DNA of 64,000 nt. Source: an uncultured Candidatus Actinomarina sp. Lineage in GTDB: Bacteria; Actinomycetota; Acidimicrobiia; Actinomarinales; Actinomarinaceae. A model generated the notes under the pieces. The model was not told where the DNA came from. It saw nothing but the letters and a program-made list of their open reading frames with translations, and did no database searches. The translations under genes were made by a program, and so were the position numbers. The stretch spans positions 406-64,405 of the forward strand of contig CACOBL010000003.1 of the NCBI GenBank assembly GCA_902625455.1, in the 5' to 3' direction. Shown piece after piece: positions 1 through 10,340 of this stretch (the stretch's first letter is position 1; each line of letters begins with the position of its first letter).

Positions 1-168
1 TTTGATTGGGCAAGAGTTGTATCAAGAAGAGCAGAAAGAAAATGTGTAACATGGTATAAAACATTAGAAATCAAGGATTCAAAAGTTGTGACTTATTTGA
101 ACAGATTATCTGATTTTCTTTGGATGATGGCACGAGACTTTGAAGAAGATTGGACGCCAAGTAGCTGA
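1..168 (+). CDS. C-terminal fragment of PduO/MMAB-type cob(I)alamin adenosyltransferase (5' part outside window)
   Basis: Frame 1 reads FDWARVVSRRAERKC...YLNRLSDFLWMMARDFEEDWTPSS*, matching the family motifs ARxVxRRAER and YLNRLSDxLF/W. The TGA overlaps the pepA ATG (TGATG). Not in the ORF track. Confidence 0.75.
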   Translation, partial: FDWARVVSRRAERKCVTWYKTLEIKDSKVVTYLNRLSDFLWMMARDFEEDWTPSS

Positions 169-1550
169 TGAGAGAACTCAGTATTTTATTCGTAAATTCT
201 ATTGATGAAAATCTAATCGCTAATTTTAAAGACCCCGAACAAATTAATGACTATTTTGAGATTCATAAATTTAAGGCAAACAAAAAAGATATCATTCTTG
301 TCCCAAAACATTATCTTAAAAACGAAAAAGACACAATCTTAGTGTCTATTGATGATTCCTTAAATAAATTAGAACTATGCGAAATAGGATCAAAAGTAAG
401 AAAATTAATCCCTTTTGACTGCATCATTAGTTATCACTTTGGTTTTAAAACTAACATAGACGTTCAAGAATTTACACTTGGATTAATACTATCAGGCTAT
501 AAATTTGAAAAATATGTTGAAGCAGATTCAAAAGAGATAAATATTCAATTTGATGAATCATTTGACATTGATGAGCAGAAATTTATAAAGGAGTCAATTT
601 ATTTTGTTAGAGATCTTGTTAATTTACCTGCACTTGATAAAACACCAGATTATTTCATTAACGAAGTTAAAGAACTTATTAGCAATGAACAAATCAAATT
701 AACTATATTCGATAAGAAATGGTTATTAAAAGAGAATTTTGGTGGTGTAATAGGTGTTTCCCAAGGTTCTTCAAAGGACCCATATTTTCTTGTAGGTGAA
801 TATAATACAGATGCAGATTTTCAAATAGCATTAATTGGTAAGGGAGTACTTTTTGATTCAGGAGGACTCTCTCTAAAGTCTCCATCTGGAATGGAAACAA
901 TGAAAACAGATATGGCAGGTGCAGCAACTGCTTGGGCTGTTATAAAACTGGTAGCTTCACTTGGGTTAGATCTTGGTGTAAAAGTTTACACACCTTTAGT
1001 AGAAAACATGCCAAGCAGCACTGCAATTAGGCCTGGTGACGTATTAAAAATGAGAAATGGAAAAACTGTAGAAGTTTTAAATACTGATGCTGAAGGAAGA
1101 TTAATAATGGCTGATGCTCTAGCTTTTGCTTCTGAAAAAAAACCAGATTTAATATGTGATGTAGCAACACTTACCGGAGCCTCATATGTTGCATTGGGTG
1201 TTGACATCGGTGCAGTTATTTCAAATTCAGAAATGTACGCAGCTGAATTCATAAATTCTAATAAAAATCAAGTTGAGTCATATCACGAACTTCCATTATT
1301 TCATGGCTACAAATCTTTAATAAAATCAAGTATTGCTGACATGAAAAACACGGGAGGAAGATTCGGAGGGGCAATTACTGCTGCATTAATACTTGAAGAG
1401 TTTGTTGATGAAATTCCTTGGGTACATTTGGATATAGCTGGCCCAGCAAGAGCACGGAGCAGTTCACCTTTAAATCCAGAGGGTGGAACAGGTTTTGGTG
1501 TTATTGGTTTTATAAATTTCTTTAAATTTTTGTCTAAGAATCACCAGTAA
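168..1550 (+). CDS. pepA: Leucyl aminopeptidase, M17 family
   Basis: GKGVLFDSGG, MKTDMAGAA and NTDAEGRL metal-binding motifs. Confidence 0.95.
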   Translation: MRELSILFVNSIDENLIANFKDPEQINDYFEIHKFKANKKDIILVPKHYLKNEKDTILVSIDDSLNKLELCEIGSKVRKLIPFDCIISYHFGFKTNIDVQEFTLGLILSGYKFEKYVEADSKEINIQFDESFDIDEQKFIKESIYFVRDLVNLPALDKTPDYFINEVKELISNEQIKLTIFDKKWLLKENFGGVIGVSQGSSKDPYFLVGEYNTDADFQIALIGKGVLFDSGGLSLKSPSGMETMKTDMAGAATAWAVIKLVASLGLDLGVKVYTPLVENMPSSTAIRPGDVLKMRNGKTVEVLNTDAEGRLIMADALAFASEKKPDLICDVATLTGASYVALGVDIGAVISNSEMYAAEFINSNKNQVESYHELPLFHGYKSLIKSSIADMKNTGGRFGGAITAALILEEFVDEIPWVHLDIAGPARARSSSPLNPEGGTGFGVIGFINFFKFLSKNHQ

Positions 1551-4416
1551 ATTTACTTACAACAAAAACTAATGTATCACCGGTTGTCATAACTGCTCCT
1601 TGAGCAACATTTGTTCCAATAATTTTTCCATTACAATTATCTAACTCATTTTCTTCAAATTCTTCTTTGAGGAATAGGATAACATTGTTATCTCTCATGA
1701 AATCTCTAATAAGGCTCTCACCTTCTTCAGGAGTCAAAGTACACGGTGTAATACTTGGAATAGCCGCGGAAAACTTGTTGCCTGAAACCTCTAAGATTAC
1801 TTCTGTTCCCTCTGGAAATTTTTCTCCATTTTCGATATCTTGACTCAGGACTAGACCAGGAGCTTCTTCTGAATCCACTAAATTTATTGTTGGTAAAATA
1901 TAAGAAGAAAAAGCAATTTCTTCTGCATCTAGAATATTTAAACCAACTAATTGTGGAATTTCTATTGTTGGTATTTCATAATATTTATCAATATCGCTTG
2001 GATCTAATGGCCAGTTAGTAACTGGTAAGTCTTTAACCACTTCTGTCATAAATTCTTTCCACATAGGTGCAGGTACTCTTCCACCAGATACATTTTTATA
2101 TAATTCTCCTTTAATTTCTACATCAGTCAAAGGCAATTGTTCCTCTGCAAAACCAATCCATACTGATGAGGTGTATTGTGGGATAAATCCTATAAACCAT
2201 GCTTCTCTAAAACCTTGGTGAGTCCCTGTTTTTCCAGCAATTTCTCTATCATCAAGTACTGCTCTTGTACCAGTACCATATTGTGCTGCCACCTCAAGAG
2301 TTTTACGTACTGCAGCAGCAGCTCCTGGGTCAGGAATGCTTGTTCTAGGAGATACAATATGCCTAAATAAAATATTACCTTTGTCATCTTCAATTTTTTC
2401 AATTAAGTATGTAGGTGCCAATATACCATTAGTGGCGAACGAAGAGTATGCAGAGGCCATTTCAATAGGAGTTGCAGCTCCTGCACCCAAAGTTAACGAA
2501 ATTACGGGATCTAATGATGAATTGATACCAATTCTATTTGCAGTTGTGGCTAATTTTTCTCCACCAAGTTCAGATGCAAGTTGTGCAAATACAGTATTTA
2601 TGGATCTTCTTGTAGCTTCTTCTAAAGATATCATTCCCGACGTATCAAGTAGTTTTATAGATCTGTTGTACTCAGCCTTATCTTGGCAAGGCTTAAAAAT
2701 ATATTGAATTTCTGACTCTATGTCAATTTGAGTCAGATTTAATTGATTTTCAATACGCTCTGGATCAAATATTATAACTTGATCTTCTGGTATTTCTTCA
2801 CCTTCCTCTAACTCTCTATAAATTATTAAATTACCCTCAGAATCATATTGGCCTAACGCTTTTGCAATCTCCATTATTTTTTCTTCCTCAGTTTCAAACT
2901 CATCAAGATTTAAACCAAGTGGGAATTGTTTTATAAAATCTTTATTTTTGATTTCTTCAACATGAAAATCAAAGCATTGAAGTTCAATAGCTCTATCCTG
3001 AGCGTCAATTTTATTAAGATATCTATCCGCAGTAATTGATGTGCCATAATTTCTTACTACCCATTTTTCTCCTACTCCATCAGGAGCACATGGATAACCA
3101 CAATTAATTTCCACCGGACTTCTAGAGTCTCTGTAGCTGTACAATTTTGCACCTGATTCAAGTGCTGCCAAAAGTGTAATTGGTTTAAAAGCAGAACCAG
3201 GATTTCTTTTACCTTGTGTTGCCAAGTTATATTGCTCTTCGTCAAAAGGCAATCCTGAAGCCATTACCTCAATTGCACCTGTGTAGTTGTTTATCAATGT
3301 AATTACACCTGTTGGTTTTGGTTCATCTGGGTTATCTTCATCAGGATCTGGCGGAACCCATGTATTAAGAACATTATTTGCATGTTGTTGCAGTGACAAA
3401 TTCAAAGTCACATATACCTTTAAACCTCCTCCTCCAAAACATGTTGTATCATCGGAAGGACAACCGAAAACTGCTTTTTTTCTTTCTTCTTTCGTATTAC
3501 CTAATACAGCAAATTGAGGATCATTTAATAATTGTCTTTTGACTTCTGCTACAACATGCTCTGCTTGTGCTATAAAATTTTTAGATTCAACCACATTTAA
3601 TGGAGCTAGTTTTGCCGATCTTGATTGTATATCAACTATAAATCCCTCTTTGAGCATTATGTTTATAACATCATTTCTTCTTTCAAGAACTCTATCTGGG
3701 TATTTTCTTGGGTTGTAATAAGCTGGGCTTCTAATAATCACAACTAAGGTTGCTGCTTCATCAAGTGTTAACTCTTGAACAGTTTTATCGAAGTATTCAT
3801 AAGCCGCTGATTGAATTCCATAAGCACCTGAACCCCAATAAATAGAATTTATATAATATTCAAGGATTTGATCTTTTGTGTATCTTCTTTCAAGTTCTGC
3901 TGCGACCACAGCCTCTGCTACTTTTCTTCGTATTGAAATTTCATCGCCCACAAATGACTGTTTTGCGACTTGAGATGTAATAGTTGAACCACCTCTAGTT
4001 ACACCTCTTAGATTGTCTAATACCGCACTAAGGATTGCAATAAAATCAACTCCTTCATGCTGATAATAGTTACTGTCCTCAGCAGCTAATAATGTATTTA
4101 CAACAAAAGGGGGGACATCAGATAGAGCAATTGGATCTCTATTTAATCCATCATGTAATTCATCAAGTATTTGATTATCAGAAGTATAAATGACAGATGG
4201 TTCAGAAAGAGAAACAAAATTTAAAACCATTCCCTCAGCTCTAGGGAGAAATCTTTCTTCTAAATCTGTAACGACTGACATTGCAGATTTTATAGGAAGA
4301 AAGACAAAAAAACCTACCCAAGCAGCAAATAGAAAACTACTAAGTAATAAAAGAAAGCCCGCTATGTACCTCGAACCAAATCTAGTTTTGTTTTCAAGGT
4401 TATGTATTTCTGCCAT
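1534..4416 (-). CDS. Class A penicillin-binding protein (transglycosylase + transpeptidase + C-terminal PASTA-like region) with a large acidic insertion
   Basis: N-terminal TM; AAED..YY.H.GVD, GGSTITSQVAK and RK..E TG motifs; SAFK, SIN and KTG TP motifs; IPQLVGLNILDAEE PASTA-like segment. Confidence 0.9.
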   Translation of the reverse strand: MAEIHNLENKTRFGSRYIAGFLLLLSSFLFAAWVGFFVFLPIKSAMSVVTDLEERFLPRAEGMVLNFVSLSEPSVIYTSDNQILDELHDGLNRDPIALSDVPPFVVNTLLAAEDSNYYQHEGVDFIAILSAVLDNLRGVTRGGSTITSQVAKQSFVGDEISIRRKVAEAVVAAELERRYTKDQILEYYINSIYWGSGAYGIQSAAYEYFDKTVQELTLDEAATLVVIIRSPAYYNPRKYPDRVLERRNDVINIMLKEGFIVDIQSRSAKLAPLNVVESKNFIAQAEHVVAEVKRQLLNDPQFAVLGNTKEERKKAVFGCPSDDTTCFGGGGLKVYVTLNLSLQQHANNVLNTWVPPDPDEDNPDEPKPTGVITLINNYTGAIEVMASGLPFDEEQYNLATQGKRNPGSAFKPITLLAALESGAKLYSYRDSRSPVEINCGYPCAPDGVGEKWVVRNYGTSITADRYLNKIDAQDRAIELQCFDFHVEEIKNKDFIKQFPLGLNLDEFETEEEKIMEIAKALGQYDSEGNLIIYRELEEGEEIPEDQVIIFDPERIENQLNLTQIDIESEIQYIFKPCQDKAEYNRSIKLLDTSGMISLEEATRRSINTVFAQLASELGGEKLATTANRIGINSSLDPVISLTLGAGAATPIEMASAYSSFATNGILAPTYLIEKIEDDKGNILFRHIVSPRTSIPDPGAAAAVRKTLEVAAQYGTGTRAVLDDREIAGKTGTHQGFREAWFIGFIPQYTSSVWIGFAEEQLPLTDVEIKGELYKNVSGGRVPAPMWKEFMTEVVKDLPVTNWPLDPSDIDKYYEIPTIEIPQLVGLNILDAEEIAFSSYILPTINLVDSEEAPGLVLSQDIENGEKFPEGTEVILEVSGNKFSAAIPSITPCTLTPEEGESLIRDFMRDNNVILFLKEEFEENELDNCNGKIIGTNVAQGAVMTTGDTLVFVVSKFTGDS

Positions 4417-4422
4417 GAGAAA

Positions 4423-4428
4423 ATTCTA
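4423..4428 (-). promoter_or_regulatory. Putative -10 box TAGAAT for a leaderless PBP transcript
   Basis: TAGAAT lies 6 nt before the ATG at 4416; no SD. Confidence 0.45.
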
Positions 4429-4450
4429 ATCCTTATATGTAACAATATTG

Positions 4451-4456
4451 TACAAT
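4451..4456 (+). promoter_or_regulatory. Putative -10 box TACAAT for a leaderless prpC transcript
   Basis: TACAAT lies 7 nt before the ATG at 4464; no SD. Confidence 0.5.
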
Positions 4457-4463
4457 TAGTGAT

Positions 4464-5534
4464 ATGGAATTTTCACCAGGACTTAGAGGAGTTGTTGCTG
4501 GAGAAACCTCTATCTCAACAGTTGGTAAAGAAGGAACTTCGTTAAGGTATAGAGGTTATGATGCAACAGATTTAACAAAAAATAACACTTATGAACAAGT
4601 TGCATCCTTAATTATTACTGATTCACTTAATGATAAAGATTTTAAAAAAAGTTTCTCTAAATATTATCTTGATATAAGCAAAGATAAAAAAATTAATGAC
4701 TTGCTTAGTGAAATAAAACAAACACTGCATCCAATGGATGTAATAAGAACAATTGTTTCATATAAAGGTGAATTAACAACGCTAAGAAAGCAAAAACTTG
4801 ATAAAGAAGACAAAACTGAATTATCTGCAAGGATCAATGCAACTGTTTGTTTCATTATTGCTTCTTACCATGAAGAAAGTTGTGATGAATTAGATAGTCA
4901 GTATTTAGTATCTAGCTCATTATTACCAAATAATTCATCAAAGGATCAACTTGAAGGCTTAGATGACATGTTAATTCTTTATGCAGAGCATGGATTTAAT
5001 GCATCAACTTTTGCAACAAGAGTTACTGCATCAACAAGAGCAGATCTTACTGGTGCAATAGTATCAGGTATTGCAACATTAAAAGGAGAATTACATGGAG
5101 GTGCAAACGAGAGAGCTGTAGAGCTAATTAACTCTTTTGATAGTGTTGAGGAAGCAGAAGTGGGAGTAAAACAATTTCTTGAACAAAAGAAAAAAATTAT
5201 GGGATTTGGCCATGGTGTTTATAAAGTACAAGACCCAAGAAGCCCAATAGTCAAAAGCTGGGTAGAGCGACTAGCTCAGACTGAATTTTCTAAAAAAAGG
5301 TTTGAGATTGCAAAGAAAATTGACCAAGTTATGGATGAAGAAAAAAATCTCTTTCCAAATGTAGATTTTTATGGAGGTCTCCTACTAGCTGAGTTAGGTT
5401 TTGAAGTTGACCTGTTTACTCCAATTTTTGTAGCAGGTAGATCTGTTGGATGGGCTGCACATTACTTTGAACAACGCGAACAAGATATTTTGATAAGGCC
5501 TGCAGCAAAATATATCGGGCCCTCTGAAAGATAG
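4464..5534 (+). CDS. prpC: 2-methylcitrate synthase / citrate synthase
   Basis: GLRGVVAGET, YAEHGFNASTF, LKGELHGGANE, MGFGHGVYK..DPRS and PNVDFY motifs; adjacent to prpD. Confidence 0.8.
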   Translation: MEFSPGLRGVVAGETSISTVGKEGTSLRYRGYDATDLTKNNTYEQVASLIITDSLNDKDFKKSFSKYYLDISKDKKINDLLSEIKQTLHPMDVIRTIVSYKGELTTLRKQKLDKEDKTELSARINATVCFIIASYHEESCDELDSQYLVSSSLLPNNSSKDQLEGLDDMLILYAEHGFNASTFATRVTASTRADLTGAIVSGIATLKGELHGGANERAVELINSFDSVEEAEVGVKQFLEQKKKIMGFGHGVYKVQDPRSPIVKSWVERLAQTEFSKKRFEIAKKIDQVMDEEKNLFPNVDFYGGLLLAELGFEVDLFTPIFVAGRSVGWAAHYFEQREQDILIRPAAKYIGPSER

Positions 5535-5537
5535 TTT

Positions 5538-6920
5538 TTGGTAAATATTAATTTAGATTTACAAATCCACAACTTCCTTTCACAACCTTTAAAAAATGAT
5601 GATCACTTTGCTTCTGCCAAGCTTGCAATTCTCGATACCTTAGGTTGCATAATTGAAGCGAGCTCTCATGATGAAGTCAATAATTTTGCTGTAAGAGATA
5701 AGTCATTTGAATTATTTTCTAACCCTTTTTTAAATTTGGGCAAATTAAATTCTTACCAAGATGTTGCATGGTATTTAACTGTATTAACAAGATGGTTTGA
5801 TTATAACGACACTTTTCTTGCACAAGAATGGGCTCACCCATCAGACAACTTTGGTTCCATATACAGTTACTTTTATGCGAATCCAAATTTTAAATTTATA
5901 GATTTTACGACAGCTTTAACAAAAGCTTACGAAATTCAGGGTTCTTTATGTCTAGGAACTTCATTAAACAAATTAGGTTATGATCATGTGTTTTATGTGA
6001 AGTTAGCATCTGGAGCTGTTTTCTCATCTTTATTAAGTAAAGGAGATGAGAAAATTGTTCAGAGAACTATTAATCATATCCTACTTGATGGTCCAACCCT
6101 TAGGTCTTATAGACACTTTCCAAATGTAGGAAAAAGAAAAAGCTGGGCGGCAGCAGATGCATCAAAAAGAGGAATAGAACTTGCCACAATTAGTCAATTA
6201 AATGATGAAGTTTATAAATCCATACAAAATGATAAAAATTGGGGATTTGAAAAAACTTATCTTAATGAATCTGGAATTAAGTTCGGTAAGGAATTAAATG
6301 ATTGGGTAATTCAAAATGTTTTGTTTAAAGTTTTATTTCCTGCAGAATTTCATGGGCAATCAGCTGTAGAAGGTGCAATTAAGTTAAGTAGAGAATTTAA
6401 TCAGAATATTGATAAAGTAAATAAAATTAATATTTTTACACATGAACCTGCGATAAGGATAATTTCTAATAAAGAAAATCTATCTAACGCTTCTGACAGG
6501 GATCACAGTCTTGAATACATGGTTTCAGCTGCTCTTCTTTTTGGAGAATTAAAATATGAAATGTACGAAGACGATTTCTCTGGATTAAACAAAATAGAGA
6601 GTTTAAGAAAAAAGATTTTTATCAGTGAAGATTCAAATTTTACTGAAAATTACTATGAATTTTCCAAAAGACATATATCAAATTCAATAGAAATTGTTTA
6701 TGATGATAATTCTACTTCTGAAAAAATTACCATTGAAAACCCTATAGGGCATCCATCGAGAAGAGAGGAAGCTATTCCATTATTAAAAGAAAAATTCATA
6801 AGAAATGTACAAAACGTTCTTTCTTCAGAAAAATCAATTTCATTATGGGAACAGGTTATCAATTTACAAAAAGATGACGAATTAACTAAATTCTTTAATA
6901 TCCTACAAGATGATGAATGA
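5538..6920 (+). CDS. prpD: 2-methylcitrate dehydratase (MmgE/PrpD family)
   Basis: RWFDYNDTFLAQEWAHPSDN, GYDHV, KSWAAADA, FKVLFPAEFHGQSAVE, DRDHSLEY and PIGHPSRR motifs. Confidence 0.88.
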   Translation: MVNINLDLQIHNFLSQPLKNDDHFASAKLAILDTLGCIIEASSHDEVNNFAVRDKSFELFSNPFLNLGKLNSYQDVAWYLTVLTRWFDYNDTFLAQEWAHPSDNFGSIYSYFYANPNFKFIDFTTALTKAYEIQGSLCLGTSLNKLGYDHVFYVKLASGAVFSSLLSKGDEKIVQRTINHILLDGPTLRSYRHFPNVGKRKSWAAADASKRGIELATISQLNDEVYKSIQNDKNWGFEKTYLNESGIKFGKELNDWVIQNVLFKVLFPAEFHGQSAVEGAIKLSREFNQNIDKVNKINIFTHEPAIRIISNKENLSNASDRDHSLEYMVSAALLFGELKYEMYEDDFSGLNKIESLRKKIFISEDSNFTENYYEFSKRHISNSIEIVYDDNSTSEKITIENPIGHPSRREEAIPLLKEKFIRNVQNVLSSEKSISLWEQVINLQKDDELTKFFNILQDDE

Positions 6921-7785
6921 AATATTTCTTCTTGTTGGTGGAGAGGCAACTAGGCTTCAACCATTATCTATTGGGATTCCAAAAGCACTTCTAACAATAA
7001 GAGGTGAAAAGATTGTTGATAAGATAATTACTCAATTCTCAAAATTTTCTGACTTTACATTTCATTTAATTTGTTCAGAAAAGCACAGACAGCATTGGAA
7101 TGATTATCAAGCATCATCTAATAACAATATAAATTTATTATTTGAACAAAAAAAATTAGACACAGCTGGTTATATTATTGAAAATATTCAAATAATGCCC
7201 GAAAAATTTCTATGCATGAACGGAGACCTTTTATTAGATGTCGATTTGGAAAATTTCATTGATTCAGCTCGTAGCTGCACAAACTCATTAATTGGTTCAT
7301 TTGAAGTTGAAGACCCGTCAAGATATGGAGTTTTAAAAGTAAATGAAAAAATGGAGGTCGAAGCTTTCATAGAAAAGCCAGAGGATGATAGATTTGGAAA
7401 TAAAATTAGCTTGGGTCTTTATCACTTTTTCAAAAAAGATATTATGTCTATCATATCTTCGCTTGACGTTCCGTGCTCTTTTGAACGAGATGTATTTCCC
7501 CGCCTCTCAACAAATCAATTGTTGAATACGTATACTGTCAAAGGAAACATGATTGATGTTGGAACTAGAGATGCATTTATTCAAGCCCACCTTTATGATG
7601 GCGAAGAAAATTGGATATCTCCAAACGATACAAAAATAAATCAACATTCAATTATTAAAAACAGTGTAATTTTGGATGGCTGCAAAATTGGTGAAAATGT
7701 TGTAATCGAAAATTCAATTATTTCCAATAATTCCACAATTGAAAGTGGAAGTATAATTAAAAACGAAATAGTTAGAACAAATTAA
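6910..7785 (+). CDS. NDP-sugar pyrophosphorylase (mannose-1-phosphate guanylyltransferase-like)
   Basis: GGEATRLQPLS..PKALL, LDTAG, NGDLL, PSRYGV, FIEKP and DVGT motifs; C-terminal hexapeptide repeats. Confidence 0.82.
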   Translation: MMNEIFLLVGGEATRLQPLSIGIPKALLTIRGEKIVDKIITQFSKFSDFTFHLICSEKHRQHWNDYQASSNNNINLLFEQKKLDTAGYIIENIQIMPEKFLCMNGDLLLDVDLENFIDSARSCTNSLIGSFEVEDPSRYGVLKVNEKMEVEAFIEKPEDDRFGNKISLGLYHFFKKDIMSIISSLDVPCSFERDVFPRLSTNQLLNTYTVKGNMIDVGTRDAFIQAHLYDGEENWISPNDTKINQHSIIKNSVILDGCKIGENVVIENSIISNNSTIESGSIIKNEIVRTN

Positions 7786-7787
7786 AA

Positions 7788-8711
7788 ATGAAAATTTTAA
7801 TTACGGGTGGAGCAGGTTTTATTGGCTCACACCTTTTAGAAGAACTTTTAAAATCTGATAATGAAATATTGGTATTTGATAACTACTTAACTGGGAAAAA
7901 AGAAAATATTGAATTCCATGGTAATTTTAAATTAATTGAAGATGATTTTGGTACTAAAAATTCATTAAATTTAATTAAAGAATTTAATCCTCAAATTTGT
8001 TTTCACTTGGCAGCTCAATCTTCTGTTGTAGTTTCTGTAGATGATCCATTACTTGATTTTGAACATAACATCTTACAACCAGTCCAACTTATAAAAACTT
8101 TACAAAGCACTGATTGTAGTAAGTTCATTTTTACCTCTTCTGGTGGAACGATATTTGGCGAGCCAAACATTTTACCAACTAGCGAATATGATTTTGCAGG
8201 TGAACCTGAGTCACCATATGGTATTGGTAAAAAGAAGTTTAACGAAATAATCATGAGTATGACAATTGATACACATTTGTCGTATTCAATTTTGAACCTC
8301 TCAAATGTTTACGGACCACGTCAGGATCCTCACGGCGAAGCAGGAGTAGTATCCATATTTTCAAATAAAATTTTAAAGAATGAAAAACCAATTATTTACG
8401 GCGACGGAGAACAAACAAGAGACTATGTATATGTGAAAGATGTTGTACATGCATTAATTTTATCTTCAAAGATTGACTCCAATTTATTTCTTAATATAGG
8501 GACTGGAATAGAGACATCTGTAAATCAATTATTAGAAACGATAAAATTTGAATTTGAATCTGATATAGAACCAATATATAAGGAGTCAAGAAAAGGTGAA
8601 CTTCTACGAAGTGTTTTGAATAGTTCTAAGGCACAAAAAGAATTAAATTGGGAATCTCAATTTTCATTAAATAAGGGTATAAAAGAAGTAGTAAGCTGGT
8701 TAAAAACTTAA
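7788..8711 (+). CDS. NAD-dependent epimerase/dehydratase (UDP-glucose 4-epimerase-like)
   Basis: TGGAGFIGSHL, SSGGTIFG, YGIGK (YxxxK), NVYGPRQDPHGEAGVV and GDGEQTRDYVYV motifs. Confidence 0.88.
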   Translation: MKILITGGAGFIGSHLLEELLKSDNEILVFDNYLTGKKENIEFHGNFKLIEDDFGTKNSLNLIKEFNPQICFHLAAQSSVVVSVDDPLLDFEHNILQPVQLIKTLQSTDCSKFIFTSSGGTIFGEPNILPTSEYDFAGEPESPYGIGKKKFNEIIMSMTIDTHLSYSILNLSNVYGPRQDPHGEAGVVSIFSNKILKNEKPIIYGDGEQTRDYVYVKDVVHALILSSKIDSNLFLNIGTGIETSVNQLLETIKFEFESDIEPIYKESRKGELLRSVLNSSKAQKELNWESQFSLNKGIKEVVSWLKT

Positions 8712-9406
8712 AGAAAAAAATCTTCTTGATCGTCTCTAATTAGTAACTCCGCATTTTCATTTGAGGATTCATATTTAAGTCCTCTTATAATAGCTATTGG
8801 AATATCAATCGACTTTTCCATAACTAATTCTGCTGCACTAGCAATTTCGTCAATTGTCGCAATTTCTGTTGCAAATAGTTCATTTTTAAATGAGTCGTAT
8901 TTCCCAATATAATTTGTAATAGGAGAAATTCCAGATGACCCTATTGCAAAATTAACCTGACCTTTTCTCCATGCTCTGCCAAACGTATCAGAAATCACTA
9001 CAGCTACTCTTTTTCCACTTGCAGTTTCTATTTGGCTTCTAAATTTATGAGCTGATTTATTTGGATCTTCGGGTAAAAGAAGAGCTTTGTTTTTCTCAAT
9101 ATTAGATTTATCTATTCCTGCATTTGCACATATGAAACCGTGTTTTGTTTTTGCAATTATTAAATCCCCTCGTTTTCTTATGATTTGTTTCGTTTCACTT
9201 TTAATTAAATCTTCAAATTCATATTCATTTAAATCTCTTTCCATACCTTCACTCTTTGAAACAATTTTTTGTGTAATCACAAAAACATCGCTATCTTTAA
9301 TGACATTTCCTGATTTGTTAATAATGTCAAATGTCATAGTGGCTAAGTCATCACCTTTTTTAACTTCAGGCAATCCTTTTATAGGAATAATTGAAATTTC
9401 ATTCAT
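8708..9406 (-). CDS. cofE: Coenzyme F420-0:L-glutamate ligase (stand-alone)
   Basis: GLPEVKKGDDL, VITQKIVSKSEG, ANAGIDKSN, LLPEDP and DTFGRAWRKGQ motifs. Confidence 0.92.
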   Translation of the reverse strand: MNEISIIPIKGLPEVKKGDDLATMTFDIINKSGNVIKDSDVFVITQKIVSKSEGMERDLNEYEFEDLIKSETKQIIRKRGDLIIAKTKHGFICANAGIDKSNIEKNKALLLPEDPNKSAHKFRSQIETASGKRVAVVISDTFGRAWRKGQVNFAIGSSGISPITNYIGKYDSFKNELFATEIATIDEIASAAELVMEKSIDIPIAIIRGLKYESSNENAELLIRDDQEDFFL

Positions 9407-10295
9407 AATTGAGTAATTTTGTAGCTAATTTCTTTGAATCTTCGATTGTTTTAAAAAGAATGCTCTCTTCGTATGTGTCGGTTAAATTATTAGAATCTCC
9501 AAAATGTACTACATATTTGTTTGCTATATTTTTGTAGAACTTCTTAATTCCTTCAATATCAGCTGTAAGCCCCATGTCTATGAAGTTCATCTTGGAGGGG
9601 CCTTTTATGGCATTGTTGTTAATAAATGGGCTAATAACTATTACATTATTATGCCTAATTAAAGCATCTTTTATTCTCTTTAGAGACAAAATTGGACCAA
9701 TCGATAAATATGGATTTGACGGTCCAATGATAATCGTATCGCTTTCACTGATAGTTCTTAGGAGTTTGTTACTAACTTTTGCTTGACTAGATCCTTGATA
9801 GGTAATATTTTTTAATCTAGGTTTTCCTTTTTTTTGAACAAAATAGTTTTGAAAATCAAGCCTCTCTCCTTGCTTTGTAATTAATTTTGTACTCACCTTG
9901 TCATTAGTCATTGGAAGAATGTCACAAAGAATATTAAATCCAGATTTTATTTCATGAGTAATTTCTGTCAAAGTTTTACCTTCATGCAGCATTTGGTTTC
10001 TAAAAAGATTGATAGCTAAATCTTTATCACCAATCATGAAATTAGTATTTAAATATTTATTTAAATGCTCATGAACTGTAAATTTATCTTTTTTTATTCC
10101 CCAACCAAATTCACCTTCAATGCCTGCGAGTCCATATATTACAGTGTCTATATCTGGAGATAGCGATACACCATTAATATATTCGTCATCACCGGTATTA
10201 ACTATTATTGATAGTTTGTTTGAACAAACTTTATATAGGCCTTTAGCAAATTTTGCGCCACCTACACCACCGCTTAAATACGTAACTTTTTTCAA
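9399..10295 (-). CDS. cofD: 2-phospho-L-lactate transferase
   Basis: LSGGVGGAKFAKG, VNTGDD, SPDIDT, F.IGDKDLA, PMTND and IGPSNPYLSIGPIL motifs. Confidence 0.93.
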   Translation of the reverse strand: MKKVTYLSGGVGGAKFAKGLYKVCSNKLSIIVNTGDDEYINGVSLSPDIDTVIYGLAGIEGEFGWGIKKDKFTVHEHLNKYLNTNFMIGDKDLAINLFRNQMLHEGKTLTEITHEIKSGFNILCDILPMTNDKVSTKLITKQGERLDFQNYFVQKKGKPRLKNITYQGSSQAKVSNKLLRTISESDTIIIGPSNPYLSIGPILSLKRIKDALIRHNNVIVISPFINNNAIKGPSKMNFIDMGLTADIEGIKKFYKNIANKYVVHFGDSNNLTDTYEESILFKTIEDSKKLATKLLNYE

Positions 10296-10340
10296 TTTTA
10301 AGAACCTATTATTTCAGACCTTTCAACTAACATTTTAATA

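Noticed and set aside
2638-3042. PBP insertion as an intein
   Set aside because: No Cys/Ser-start with His-Asn/Cys-Ser-Thr end junction and no LAGLIDADG motifs.
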